From contig CAVVWJ010000002.1 of assembly GCA_963751925.1 (NCBI GenBank), positions 2,086,560 to 2,150,559 on the forward strand: a stretch of 64,000 nt of DNA. Direction: 5' to 3'. The first letter of the stretch is position 1, and each line of letters begins with the position of its first letter. Source of the DNA: an uncultured Gemmatimonadales bacterium (GTDB taxonomy: Bacteria > Gemmatimonadota > Gemmatimonadetes > Gemmatimonadales > GWC2-71-9). Positions 56,011-64,000 of this stretch are shown in pieces. The position numbers and the translations under genes are program-made. The notes under the pieces are model-generated. The model had not been told where the DNA came from, did not search any database, and was given only the letters and a program-made list of their open reading frames with translations.

Positions 56011-56621
56011 CCGCCACCGCGATCGTACATCTGGACGAGAGTTGCCTGGGAAACGGCAGGGAGGGCGACAATCCCGGAGGATACGGCGGCCTGATCGAGG
56101 TTCGGACCCGTTCTGGTATTCAGCGCCGGGATTTCTACGGCCACTCGCCTGCCACCACCAACAATCGAATGGCACTCAGCGGCGCTATAGCCGCGCTCCA
56201 ACTTCTTGCCGCCAAGGGAAATCGGGTTCGTGCCCTTCTCGTCTCCGATTCAGAGTACTTGATCAAGGGAATGCGAGAGTGGGTGCCTGGGTGGGCAGCC
56301 CGGGGTTGGAAACGGAAAACCGGGAACATCGAGAATGTGGCGCTCTGGCAAGCGCTTCACGGATCGGCGCGGTTGCACGAGGTCCAATGGACCTGGGTGC
56401 GGGGACACCAGGGGCATCCCAAGAACGAGTACGTGAACGACCTGGCCGTCCTCGCCGCCCGGGAGCAGAAGACGTCTGCAGGAGCAGTCGACTCCGGCTT
56501 CCTTCAGTGGCTGGCCGCGAAGCAGGCGAAGGGCAAATTCACTGGGTATGACCCTGATGCAGCGTTCGAAGTACTAGAGCGGCGCGTTGCCGCGGGAGAG
56601 AGCTTTGCGCTGGCAGAGTAG
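56007..56621 (+). CDS. rnhA: ribonuclease HI homolog with C-terminal extension
   Basis: LDESCLGN, TNNRM(A)L, VSDSEY, WVRGHQGHPKNEYVNDLA align with E. coli RNase HI. GTG 56007 chosen; upstream track ORF sequence overlaps selD and the small ORF. Confidence 0.8.
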   Translation: MTATAIVHLDESCLGNGREGDNPGGYGGLIEVRTRSGIQRRDFYGHSPATTNNRMALSGAIAALQLLAAKGNRVRALLVSDSEYLIKGMREWVPGWAARGWKRKTGNIENVALWQALHGSARLHEVQWTWVRGHQGHPKNEYVNDLAVLAAREQKTSAGAVDSGFLQWLAAKQAKGKFTGYDPDAAFEVLERRVAAGESFALAE

Positions 56622-56653
56622 CGGCTGCAGCAGCGATTTCGGTCCGGTCAGGC

Positions 56654-57070
56654 GTGACTGATCTGGAGCGGCTGTTCACCCAGATCGTCAAGAATCTCGC
56701 CGTCGGCGATCCCACGCGAGTCCACCGGCCGGTTACCCTCGGTGATATCCGCGAGTCCATCGTACCGTATCGAAGCAACCGCCGAGCACTCCAGCTGGAG
56801 AGCAGCGAAGAGTACGAGCTGGTGCTCATGCGTCTCTGCGCGGGCGAGGGCGGCTTCGCCAGGACCGAGCCGGAGGAGGTGCGGGTGCGCTTTGCCGAGG
56901 AGGTACGAAGCCCTAACCCGGACCTGACCCTCAGCCAACTTCATCGGGATGTGCTTCTCACGCTCGATCCTCGGTCCGTCGCTCGTGCGCTGGATCCGGA
57001 TCCTGACCGCGTCTTTGCTCCACCTCACACAGCATTCAACCCAACTGCCTCATACCAGACCACCAGCTAG
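56654..57070 (+). CDS. hypothetical protein
   Basis: 138-aa ORF with a GTG start and G/C-rich third positions. No recognisable domain. Confidence 0.4.
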   Translation: MTDLERLFTQIVKNLAVGDPTRVHRPVTLGDIRESIVPYRSNRRALQLESSEEYELVLMRLCAGEGGFARTEPEEVRVRFAEEVRSPNPDLTLSQLHRDVLLTLDPRSVARALDPDPDRVFAPPHTAFNPTASYQTTS

Positions 57071-57098
57071 CCAACGCCTGATCCGACTCGGCCTTCAG

Positions 57099-57272
57099 TT
57101 GTCCCTCGATGTCCCGGCTGTGGAGGAACCCTGCCCCGCGGCGCGGGTGGTGAGTTTCTGCCCACACTGCGGAGAGAGCCAGAGTCGGTCGGGATGTCCC
57201 GAATGCCAGGGGGCGCTGGAGCCGGGTTGGCGGTATTGCGTCCAATGCGGTCTGCCGGTAGCAGATGCCTGA
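57099..57272 (+). CDS. small zinc-ribbon protein (start uncertain; possibly the frameshifted C-terminus of the preceding ORF)
   Basis: CPHC-x8-CPEC-x11-CVQC pattern (double zinc ribbon). Only non-ATG starts are available after the upstream stop (TTG 57099, GTG 57120/57147/57150). Confidence 0.35.
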   Translation: MSLDVPAVEEPCPAARVVSFCPHCGESQSRSGCPECQGALEPGWRYCVQCGLPVADA

Positions 57273-57306
57273 CCTTCAAGTTGTCGAACCTGAAAGTTTT
57301 GCCCCC

Positions 57307-57321
57307 GCCCGGCACCCGGGC
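57307..57321 (+). terminator. weak terminator-like hairpin
   Basis: GCCCGG-CAC-CCGGGC followed by ATATTT, downstream of the zinc-ribbon ORF. Confidence 0.3.
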
Positions 57322-57371
57322 ATATTTCAGAGCATGTCCTTCCCACAGTTGCTCCTGCCCGGGCTCGGCCT

Positions 57372-58586
57372 GTGAGTCTTACCTCAGGCAGCACGGACGT
57401 CGTTTTTCTTTCCGGGGTGCGCACCGGGTTCGGGTCGTTCGGGGGAACCTTGAAGGATCTCTCGGCCACTGATCTGGGCGCGATTGCCGGCCGCGCCGCG
57501 ATCTCCCGGAGCGGCATCGACCCTGCCGGGATCGAGCACGTAGTCTTTGGCAATGTCCTCCAGACTTCCTCGGATGCGATCTACCTGGCACGACATGTGG
57601 GGCTTCGGTCCGGTTTGCCAGTCCACGCGCCGGCCCTCACCGTGAACCGGCTCTGCGGCTCTGGCTTTGAAGCCGTAATCCAGGGAGCGCAGCAGATTGT
57701 CCTGGGTGAGTCTCGGGCGGTACTCGCCGGCGGGACCGAGTCGATGAGCCAGGCGCCGCACGTCGTGCGTGGTGCGCGATGGGGCTTGCGGCTGGGTCCG
57801 GCAGCGCCGCTGGAGGATACGCTTTGGGAAGCCCTGCGAGACCCTGGATGTGGGCTCTCCATGGCCGAAACCGCGGAGAATCTGGCCCAGCGATACAAGA
57901 TCGGACGCCATGCAGTCGACTGCTACGCGGCCCGTAGCCAAGCAGCCGCGGCTGCCGCCTGGAGCTCGGGTGCCATGGCCGATGAAATTGTTCCCGTTCC
58001 CATCAAGAATCGAAAAACCGGGCAGTCGGAAGACTGGGCCGCAGACGAGCACATGCGTCCCACCACAACGGTCGATGGACTGGCCAAGCTGCCGCCCTAT
58101 TTCAAGAAGGACGGCGTGGTCACTGCCGGAAACGCATCCGGCATCTGCGACGGCGCTGCCGCCCTGGTGATGGCGAGCGGCCGGTTCGCGGAAGAGCATG
58201 GGACCAAACCGATTGGCCGGCTCCTGGCCTGGGCCAGCGTCGGGGTCGAACCCAGCTATATGGGAATCGGGCCGGCTCCAGCTGCACGGAAGGCGCTGGA
58301 GCGTTCGGGCCTGAAACTCGAGGACATGGATCTCGTGGAAGTGAACGAAGCGTTTGCGGCCCAGTATCTCGCAGTCGAACAGGAGCTGGGACTCGACCGC
58401 GAGCGCACCAATGTCGATGGGGGCGCGATCGCTCTGGGACACCCGCTCGGCGCCAGTGGAGCGCGCATCACCGTGCACCTGCTCCACGCCTTACGCAGGC
58501 GCGGCGGCCGCTACGGGCTGGGAAGCGCCTGCATCGGTGGGGGGCAGGGTGCGGCCGTGATCGTGGAAGCCTTTCCTGATGCGTGA
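57372..58586 (+). CDS. acetyl-CoA C-acetyltransferase (thiolase II)
   Basis: NRLCGSG (acyl-Cys), NEAFAAQ, GHPLGASG and CIGGGQG motifs. Confidence 0.9.
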   Translation: MSLTSGSTDVVFLSGVRTGFGSFGGTLKDLSATDLGAIAGRAAISRSGIDPAGIEHVVFGNVLQTSSDAIYLARHVGLRSGLPVHAPALTVNRLCGSGFEAVIQGAQQIVLGESRAVLAGGTESMSQAPHVVRGARWGLRLGPAAPLEDTLWEALRDPGCGLSMAETAENLAQRYKIGRHAVDCYAARSQAAAAAAWSSGAMADEIVPVPIKNRKTGQSEDWAADEHMRPTTTVDGLAKLPPYFKKDGVVTAGNASGICDGAAALVMASGRFAEEHGTKPIGRLLAWASVGVEPSYMGIGPAPAARKALERSGLKLEDMDLVEVNEAFAAQYLAVEQELGLDRERTNVDGGAIALGHPLGASGARITVHLLHALRRRGGRYGLGSACIGGGQGAAVIVEAFPDA

Positions 58587-58592
58587 GGTGCT

Positions 58593-59456
58593 ATGGATGC
58601 AGTGATCCCTGCGCTCGCCGTCGCGCTGGTCTACTCCTTCCTGAGTCTCCGGGTGCTCCGCCAGTACGAGCGGGGTGTGAGCTTTTTCCTGGGCCGGTAC
58701 TGGGGCACCAAAGGGCCAGGGCTCGTCTTCCTTCCGGCCGGCTTCGCCGCCCAGAAGCGGATCTCCCTCCGGATCGTCGCCCTCGACATTCCGCCGCAGG
58801 ATGTGATCACGCGGGACAATGTCTCGGTAAAGGTGAATGCTGTCCTCTACATGAGAGTCATCGACCCTGCCAAAGCCGTGATAGAGATCGAGGATTACCG
58901 CTACGCCACCAGCCAACTGGCACAGACGACGCTCAGATCCGTGCTGGGCGAAGTGGAGCTCGACGAGCTGCTATCGGACCGCGAGAAGATCAACGCCGTT
59001 CTCAAGAAGATCATCGACGAGCGGAGCGATCCCTGGGGGATCGAGGTCTCCGCGGTCGAGGTCAAGGACGTGGACCTCCCAGACCAGATGAAGCGAGCCA
59101 TGGCTCGGCAGGCCGAGGCGGAGCGCGAGCGCCGGGCCAAGGTCATTGCGGCCCAGGGCGAGCTCCAGGCCTCGGAAACTCTGGCGCAGGCAGCCCGGAC
59201 TCTCGCCACCGAACCGACCGCACTCCAGCTCAGATATCTCCAGACGGTTACCGAGATTGCGGCCGAGAACAACTCCACCACGATCTTCCCCATACCGATC
59301 GAGCTGTTCCGACCCTTCTTAAACGCAGCCAGGCCAGCCGCTCCGACAGCCGACGCATCAGCCGAGCCTCCCGGTGCCGCATTGCCGGCCGCCGACATCT
59401 CTTCCCTCATGTCCCAGCTCCGAATCCAGGCTGCGCGGACTCCCGCTTCGGAGTAA
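58593..59456 (+). CDS. SPFH/band-7 (stomatin-like) membrane protein
   Basis: N-terminal TM, then the QYERGV.F.LG... [22 protein letters not shown] block and the coiled [12 protein letters not shown] region. Confidence 0.9.
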   Translation: MDAVIPALAVALVYSFLSLRVLRQYERGVSFFLGRYWGTKGPGLVFLPAGFAAQKRISLRIVALDIPPQDVITRDNVSVKVNAVLYMRVIDPAKAVIEIEDYRYATSQLAQTTLRSVLGEVELDELLSDREKINAVLKKIIDERSDPWGIEVSAVEVKDVDLPDQMKRAMARQAEAERERRAKVIAAQGELQASETLAQAARTLATEPTALQLRYLQTVTEIAAENNSTTIFPIPIELFRPFLNAARPAAPTADASAEPPGAALPAADISSLMSQLRIQAARTPASE

Positions 59457-59458
59457 GA

Positions 59459-60292
59459 ATGAGCGAGGGTACACCCGCTCGCATCGACCGCGCGGCACTC
59501 GAGCGAATCATCCAACGAGCAGCCGAGCTACAGACCTCGGAGCATGACGTCGGCGATACTCTAACGTCTGACGAGCTGATCAACTTGGGGAAGGAAGTCG
59601 GGATCCCCGGCCGCTATCTCCAGCAGGCGATCCTGGAAGAGCGAACCCGAGTCCGCACCGCCGGGGCAACTGGTCTCGTCGAGCGCGTGGCCGGACCAGG
59701 CCTGATCAACGCCCAGCGAGTAGTCCGGGGTGAGCCGGACACGGTACAAGAAGCGCTGGTTCGCTGGATCGAGGGCAACGAGCTGCTGTGCATCCAGCGT
59801 CAGCATGCCGGCCGCATAACCTGGGAGCCGATCGGCGGCATCCAGGCAGCGATTCGCCGGTCCACCGCTGCATTAGGGACCGGGAAGCGACCCTTCATGC
59901 TATCGAGGGCGGCAACCGTATCTGCTACGATCCTGGCGCTGGAAGAAGGCTATTCCCACGTGACTCTCTCAGCCGATGCGCGGAAGATTCGGGGCGAGTA
60001 CCTGGCGGGGAGCGCCGCCATAGCCGGAGCTGGAGTGGCGAGCACAGCTGTGATGGTCACCCTGGGTGCGCTCCTTCCCGTGGCACTGCTTCCGATTCCC
60101 TTCGCTCTGGCGGGCGGCTATGCGGTGGCACGCCGGTTGGGCCCTACAGTCGCCCGGCTCCAGCTCGGCCTCGAGCGAGCGCTCGATTTTCTGGAACAGG
60201 GCGGGGCAAAGCCGCAGCACCAGCTGCCCGAAAGAACTGCCGGCCTGTTTGGTTTCGTGGCCGAAGAGCTACGGAAAGCGCTCAAGCCGTGA
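59459..60292 (+). CDS. hypothetical membrane protein (soluble N-domain, C-terminal TM hairpin)
   Basis: ATG 2 nt after the SPFH stop. Hydrophobic segment GSAAIAGAGVASTAVMVTLGALLPVALLPIPFALAGGY. Lacks the N-terminal TMs and C-terminal OB fold of NfeD. Confidence 0.55.
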   Translation: MSEGTPARIDRAALERIIQRAAELQTSEHDVGDTLTSDELINLGKEVGIPGRYLQQAILEERTRVRTAGATGLVERVAGPGLINAQRVVRGEPDTVQEALVRWIEGNELLCIQRQHAGRITWEPIGGIQAAIRRSTAALGTGKRPFMLSRAATVSATILALEEGYSHVTLSADARKIRGEYLAGSAAIAGAGVASTAVMVTLGALLPVALLPIPFALAGGYAVARRLGPTVARLQLGLERALDFLEQGGAKPQHQLPERTAGLFGFVAEELRKALKP

Positions 60293-61182
60293 ATATCTCC
60301 AGGGTCGGAGTGCTCGGCTGCGGCCTCATGGGGAGCGGCATAGCCCAAACTGCCGCGGCGGCGGGCTTCGCAACGGTCGCTCGCGATGTGAGCGACCCGC
60401 TACTGGAAAAAGGTCGTGCCGGAATTCAGAAGTCACTGGCCCGACTGCTCGAGAAGGGAAAAATCACTGCAGGTCAGCGCGAGGCTGCCCTGGCAAGGCT
60501 CACCTTCGCTACTGATCTGGCCGCTCTGCGTGACTGTGACATCGTCATCGAGGCCGTGACCGAGGACCTCGAGATCAAGAACGCACTGTGGCGCGAACTG
60601 GACGAGATCTGTCCCCCTCACACGATTTTCGCGTCCAACACCTCGAGCCTGACCATCGCTGCCATGGCCGCGGCTACCCGCCGGCCAGACCAGTTCGTGG
60701 GACTGCACTTCTTCAATCCCGTTCCCATCATGCAGCTGGTCGAAGTGGTACGGACGGTGACGACCAGCCCGGAGACGTTCGAGCGAGCCTTCGCCTTTGC
60801 CGGCGCGCTCGGGAAGGAGCCGGTGACTGCCACAGACAGTCCCGGCTTCATCGTCAATCTCCTGCTGGTCCCGTTTCTGCTCGATGCAGTGCGGGCTGCG
60901 GAGCGCGGTCTCGCTTCCACCCCGGACATCGATCGAGGCATGCAGCTAGGTTGTGGGCACCCGATGGGGCCGCTAGCGCTGGTGGATTTCATCGGCCTGG
61001 ATACCGTAGTTCGCATCGCCGATATCATGTTCGATGCTTACCGGGAGACTCGCTATGCACCTCCACCGCTCCTTCGCCGGATGGTGGTGGCCGGACTCCA
61101 CGGTCGGAAGACCGGTCGTGGATTCTATGATTACTCGGTCGAGCCCCCGCTGCCGACGGAGTTGGGTCTTGGAAGAGCCTGA
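60289..61182 (+). CDS. hbd: 3-hydroxybutyryl-CoA dehydrogenase
   Basis: VLGCGLMGSGIA NAD fold, SNTSSL, GLHFFNPVP, PGFIVNLLL and GPL.L.D.IGLD motifs. GTGA overlap with the preceding gene. Confidence 0.85.
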   Translation: MNISRVGVLGCGLMGSGIAQTAAAAGFATVARDVSDPLLEKGRAGIQKSLARLLEKGKITAGQREAALARLTFATDLAALRDCDIVIEAVTEDLEIKNALWRELDEICPPHTIFASNTSSLTIAAMAAATRRPDQFVGLHFFNPVPIMQLVEVVRTVTTSPETFERAFAFAGALGKEPVTATDSPGFIVNLLLVPFLLDAVRAAERGLASTPDIDRGMQLGCGHPMGPLALVDFIGLDTVVRIADIMFDAYRETRYAPPPLLRRMVVAGLHGRKTGRGFYDYSVEPPLPTELGLGRA

Positions 61183-61214
61183 TTCGCTTCACCGTTCACG
61201 CTTCAGGAGAAAAC

Positions 61215-61841
61215 ATGCTCGGCTATGACTGGCCTCGTCTGCACGCCGCCCTCAACGATCTCCCCACGGCCTTACTGCTGACTGCCGTGCTCTTCGATTT
61301 GGCCGGGCTCTCCGGCCGACGACCGTTTCTCCGGCAGGTGGGATTCTATACCATGCTGGTGGGCGCGGTTGGGGCCGTGGCAGCGGTGATTGCCGGCCTC
61401 CAAGCGGAAGAGCACATCGCGCACGGAGAAGCCGTCCATGAGGTAATGGAGGTGCATGAGAAGCTCGCGCTCTTCACGACCGGAGTATTCGCGCTTGTCG
61501 TGCTCTGGCGCCTGCTGCGGGAGCGCAAGATGGGGAACGGGGAGCGAGCAATCAGTACGGTAGTTTCGTTGGTCGGTGTGGGACTTCTCTTAGCAACCGG
61601 TATCTATGGAGGGAAGCTCATGTTCGAGCATGCCGCCGGTGTCCCAACGGCGGTACTACAAGAGGAGTTGCACGAGCGTAGCGAAGGCCATCACCATCAT
61701 GGTGAGGAAGGCGCCGAGCCGGCAGGGGACTCGGATTCTGCCGGAGTCGAAGCGGATGCAGACCACGATCACGTGGATCCGCCTGGCACGCCCCCCCATA
61801 CGCATTCCCACCCGCCCGGCACACCAACTCATAAGGACTGA
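61215..61841 (+). CDS. DUF2231-like membrane protein with His-rich C-terminal tail
   Basis: Four TM helices and an HxxxH-containing loop (EEHIAHGEAVHEVMEVHE). Tail EGHHHHGEEG...DADHDHVDPPGTPPHTHSHPPGTPTH. Confidence 0.55.
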   Translation: MLGYDWPRLHAALNDLPTALLLTAVLFDLAGLSGRRPFLRQVGFYTMLVGAVGAVAAVIAGLQAEEHIAHGEAVHEVMEVHEKLALFTTGVFALVVLWRLLRERKMGNGERAISTVVSLVGVGLLLATGIYGGKLMFEHAAGVPTAVLQEELHERSEGHHHHGEEGAEPAGDSDSAGVEADADHDHVDPPGTPPHTHSHPPGTPTHKD

Positions 61842-62362
61842 TGGTGCGGATCTCAGCTAGCACAGCCGTACTCGCGTGCCTGGCCTGTCAGCCGAACACC
61901 GGCAGGCCGCCGTTTCCTCCACGGCCCGAGGCGGCGGGCACAGAGATCCGACTGTCAGTACCGGAAGCGACTCGACGGTTGGCCGAGACGTTGAAGGCGG
62001 ACTCTATTGTGCTCCGGAAGGTCGTGCCGCGGGATGGTTATATCGAGACCGGTTGGTTCCAGGCCGGCACTGGGCGACCAACGCGTCGCAGTACGCTGGG
62101 GCCCTCGGTAGTGCGGATACGGGCATGGGCCGATCCGGCTCGACCCGGCAGCTCACAATTGACCATTGAGACCCTATACCGCCCGAAAGCAGATCCTTCG
62201 CTGCCGGAGCGCGAGCTGGAGCAGCAAGTAGGGCGAGATCATCCGGTGGCACTCAAAGTCGAGGCAGCGCTCAAGCAGCTGGTCGATCGCTTCGGGGGCG
62301 CTCCGCCTCCGGAGGCGACCGACAGCGCGGCACCCCCGAACGAGCCTGGAGACGGAGAGTAG
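61841..62362 (+). CDS. hypothetical lipoprotein
   Basis: The ATG overlaps the preceding TGA by 1 nt. Lipobox-like VLACLAC. No recognisable domain. Confidence 0.45.
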   Translation: MVRISASTAVLACLACQPNTGRPPFPPRPEAAGTEIRLSVPEATRRLAETLKADSIVLRKVVPRDGYIETGWFQAGTGRPTRRSTLGPSVVRIRAWADPARPGSSQLTIETLYRPKADPSLPERELEQQVGRDHPVALKVEAALKQLVDRFGGAPPPEATDSAAPPNEPGDGE

Positions 62363-62366
62363 TAGG

Positions 62367-63161
62367 TCACACCACGTAGGCTCGAACCCAGGTCTCCAGC
62401 TGCTCCAGATCGAGGGACGCATCCTTGCAGGGGCCGGATGGTAGTGTCATCGTCAGGCCGAGCACTGGGATCTTGCCCGCGACGTCATGCAGTCCGCTTA
62501 CCATGTCCCGCTCACATGCTACGGCCACAACTGCCTTGGGGCGCCGCTCGCGGATGACTCGGCGGGCCAGCTGACCTCGCGTCGCCACGAAGACCGGTAC
62601 GCCGTATTTCCCGGCGACCCCAAGCACCCCATCCAGCGTAATCTTCGAGAGACAGCGAGGGATGAGCAGAAGGAGCTCGCCCTCTCCTACTTTCCGCCCT
62701 CGCATCACAGCCAAGGCGTTATAGACCTTCACTCCGGCGTTTTCGACCCAGTCTCGCCAGCCAAACCGGTCCGCGATTCGCGACGTAAGAAGCATGAGCC
62801 GGAGGAACGGGCCGCGCTCTGCCAGCGATTCGGGCAGGAGAGGGCGTCGTAAGCGGAAGGACAGGAAGATTACCCCGAGCCACAGCCAGAGCACCGATCC
62901 CACCACCAGCAGCGCGATCCAGAGCAGCCGAGGGATGCCGGGCTGGAGGAGCCCTATCCGAGGCGCCAGCAAAAAGAGGCCGAGTGCCGTGATCGCGAGT
63001 CCCGCCCCGAGGGCCACTGCGGACCAGGCGAAGAAAAGGTTGGGGGATGAGTCGTAGTTCCCCTGATTGGGAAGCGGCTTTCCGTCCCACTCGTCCCATT
63101 CGTGGCCGAGTCGGCGATCGACGTCGATGTGTATGAGTTGTGCGCGCGGGCCTTCAGCCAT
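62367..63161 (-). CDS. DUF116-like membrane protein
   Basis: Two N-terminal TM helices, then the LLLIPRCL...VFVATRG...AVACERDMVSG..D block typical of DUF116. ATG 63161 preferred over the track start at 63206. Confidence 0.6.
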   Translation of the reverse strand: MAEGPRAQLIHIDVDRRLGHEWDEWDGKPLPNQGNYDSSPNLFFAWSAVALGAGLAITALGLFLLAPRIGLLQPGIPRLLWIALLVVGSVLWLWLGVIFLSFRLRRPLLPESLAERGPFLRLMLLTSRIADRFGWRDWVENAGVKVYNALAVMRGRKVGEGELLLLIPRCLSKITLDGVLGVAGKYGVPVFVATRGQLARRVIRERRPKAVVAVACERDMVSGLHDVAGKIPVLGLTMTLPSGPCKDASLDLEQLETWVRAYVV

Positions 63162-63190
63162 AGTCAAAGAACAATAGTTAGCTTTTGCCG

Positions 63191-64000
63191 ATGCTGCCGC
63201 TCCCACCCATCCGGGGAATTTATCGAACCGACCCGAGGGCGCGGGCAGCGTACGCGGAGGGAGCCGGCATCTACCGGATAGTCCCTCAGGCTGTCGCCCT
63301 CCCCGCCGATCTCCCCGATTTGCAGAGTCTGGTACGCTGGGCCGCCGAGCAAGGCGTCGCGCTCACGCCTCGCGGGGCTGGAAGTGGCATGGGCGGGGGG
63401 AACGTCGGCCCGGGAGTGTTGGTAGATCTCACCAGGATGGCGGACCGGCGGCTGGAGGTTGACGCCGCAACGAGGCGTGCCTTCACCAGCGCTCAGGTGA
63501 CGCTCGCCGAGCTCAACAGCGCCGCGGTTCCACTGGGGCTCCGTCTTCCACCCGACCCCTCGAGCGGCCGCTGGGCGACCCTCGGCGGCATGGTCGCCAC
63601 TAATGCGGCGGGAGCCCGGTCGGTGCGGTACGGGAGCGTGCGCCGCTGGATCGAGGCACTCACGATGGTGACAGCAGATGGCGAACTAGCCGTTCTCCGG
63701 AGAAGTGGGACCCGTAGCGACACAGTCGCTTTGACACGATTCGAGCAGAACGCTGCCCCTCGCGTGCGGGCCGCCACGGCTCTGGTTCAACAGCGCTTCC
63801 CCAGATCCCGAAAAAACTCATCGGGCTATGCGCTGGATTCCTATCTCGCCACGTCCGACGCGCTGGACATCATCATTGGAAGCGAGGGGACTCTCGGTAT
63901 CATCACCGAGATCGAATGGCGCCTGGATGCAATTCCCAGTCATCGTGCTGGGCTCCGGATCGCGCTGCCGTCGCTCGAGCACCTGGGCGATATCGTCTCG
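63191..64000 (+). CDS. FAD-binding (PCMH-type, GlcD-like) oxidoreductase, N-terminal fragment running off the window
   Basis: Not in the ORF track because no stop lies inside the window. Translation from ATG 63191 gives ...IVPQAVALP...LTPRGAGSGMGGG...ATLGGMVATNAAGARSVRYGSVR...GSEGTLGIITE, the FAD_binding_4 signature. Confidence 0.75.
   Translation, partial: MLPLPPIRGIYRTDPRARAAYAEGAGIYRIVPQAVALPADLPDLQSLVRWAAEQGVALTPRGAGSGMGGGNVGPGVLVDLTRMADRRLEVDAATRRAFTSAQVTLAELNSAAVPLGLRLPPDPSSGRWATLGGMVATNAAGARSVRYGSVRRWIEALTMVTADGELAVLRRSGTRSDTVALTRFEQNAAPRVRAATALVQQRFPRSRKNSSGYALDSYLATSDALDIIIGSEGTLGIITEIEWRLDAIPSHRAGLRIALPSLEHLGDIVS

Noticed and set aside
57384-58487. 367-aa ORF on the - strand
   Set aside because: Antisense to the thiolase gene, which has all catalytic motifs. 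Arg/Gly/Pro-rich shadow ORF.
1-64000. Mobile elements, prophage, CRISPR arrays, known defence systems
   Set aside because: No transposase, integrase or recombinase-like translations, no terminal inverted or direct repeats bracketing a segment, no regularly spaced repeat arrays, and no Cas, restriction or toxin-antitoxin hallmarks were seen. By eye, GC content and codon style look uniform across the window.

Overview
High-GC (about 65%) bacterial chromosomal segment with dense, often translationally coupled genes. The phylum cannot be determined from sequence alone; the gene content (many ECF sigma factors, TPR-CHAT, Big_2/TolB-type proteins) resembles soil Gemmatimonadota- or Acidobacteriota-like genomes, which is speculation. 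I found no rRNA, tRNA, CRISPR array, transposase or integrase. Gene order: (1) 0.4-16 kb, a polyamine uptake/catabolism island with two Pot-type ABC importers, two class-III aminotransferases, a PuuB-like FAD oxidase, a saccharopine-dehydrogenase-family enzyme and an aminoaldehyde dehydrogenase. (2) 16-26 kb, envelope and signalling genes: DUF3592, a BNR propeller, ECF sigma/anti-sigma, DUF885, and TPR-CHAT flanked by secreted unknowns. (3) 26-39 kb, a NarL-type two-component pair, hemH, hemA, hsp20, and a tight gyrA / threonine dehydratase / REC-GAF-GGDEF / Ser-Thr kinase block. (4) 39.8-45.5 kb, a six-gene ECF sigma / anti-sigma / two HEAT-repeat proteins / two paralogous lipoproteins cluster, my best candidate for an undescribed envelope system. 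(5) 45.5-64 kb, mixed housekeeping genes, including a histone-H1-like basic protein, GH15, an amidohydrolase, rnhA with an apparent catalytic Glu-to-Ala change, and a thiolase / SPFH / unknown membrane protein / hbd operon. This block also holds selD, which the ORF track truncates because it has an in-frame TGA (selenocysteine) at the catalytic Cys position followed by a SECIS-like hairpin. Many long ORFs in the track are antisense shadow ORFs typical of high-GC DNA and were rejected. All functional calls rest on motif recognition by eye; no database search was run.
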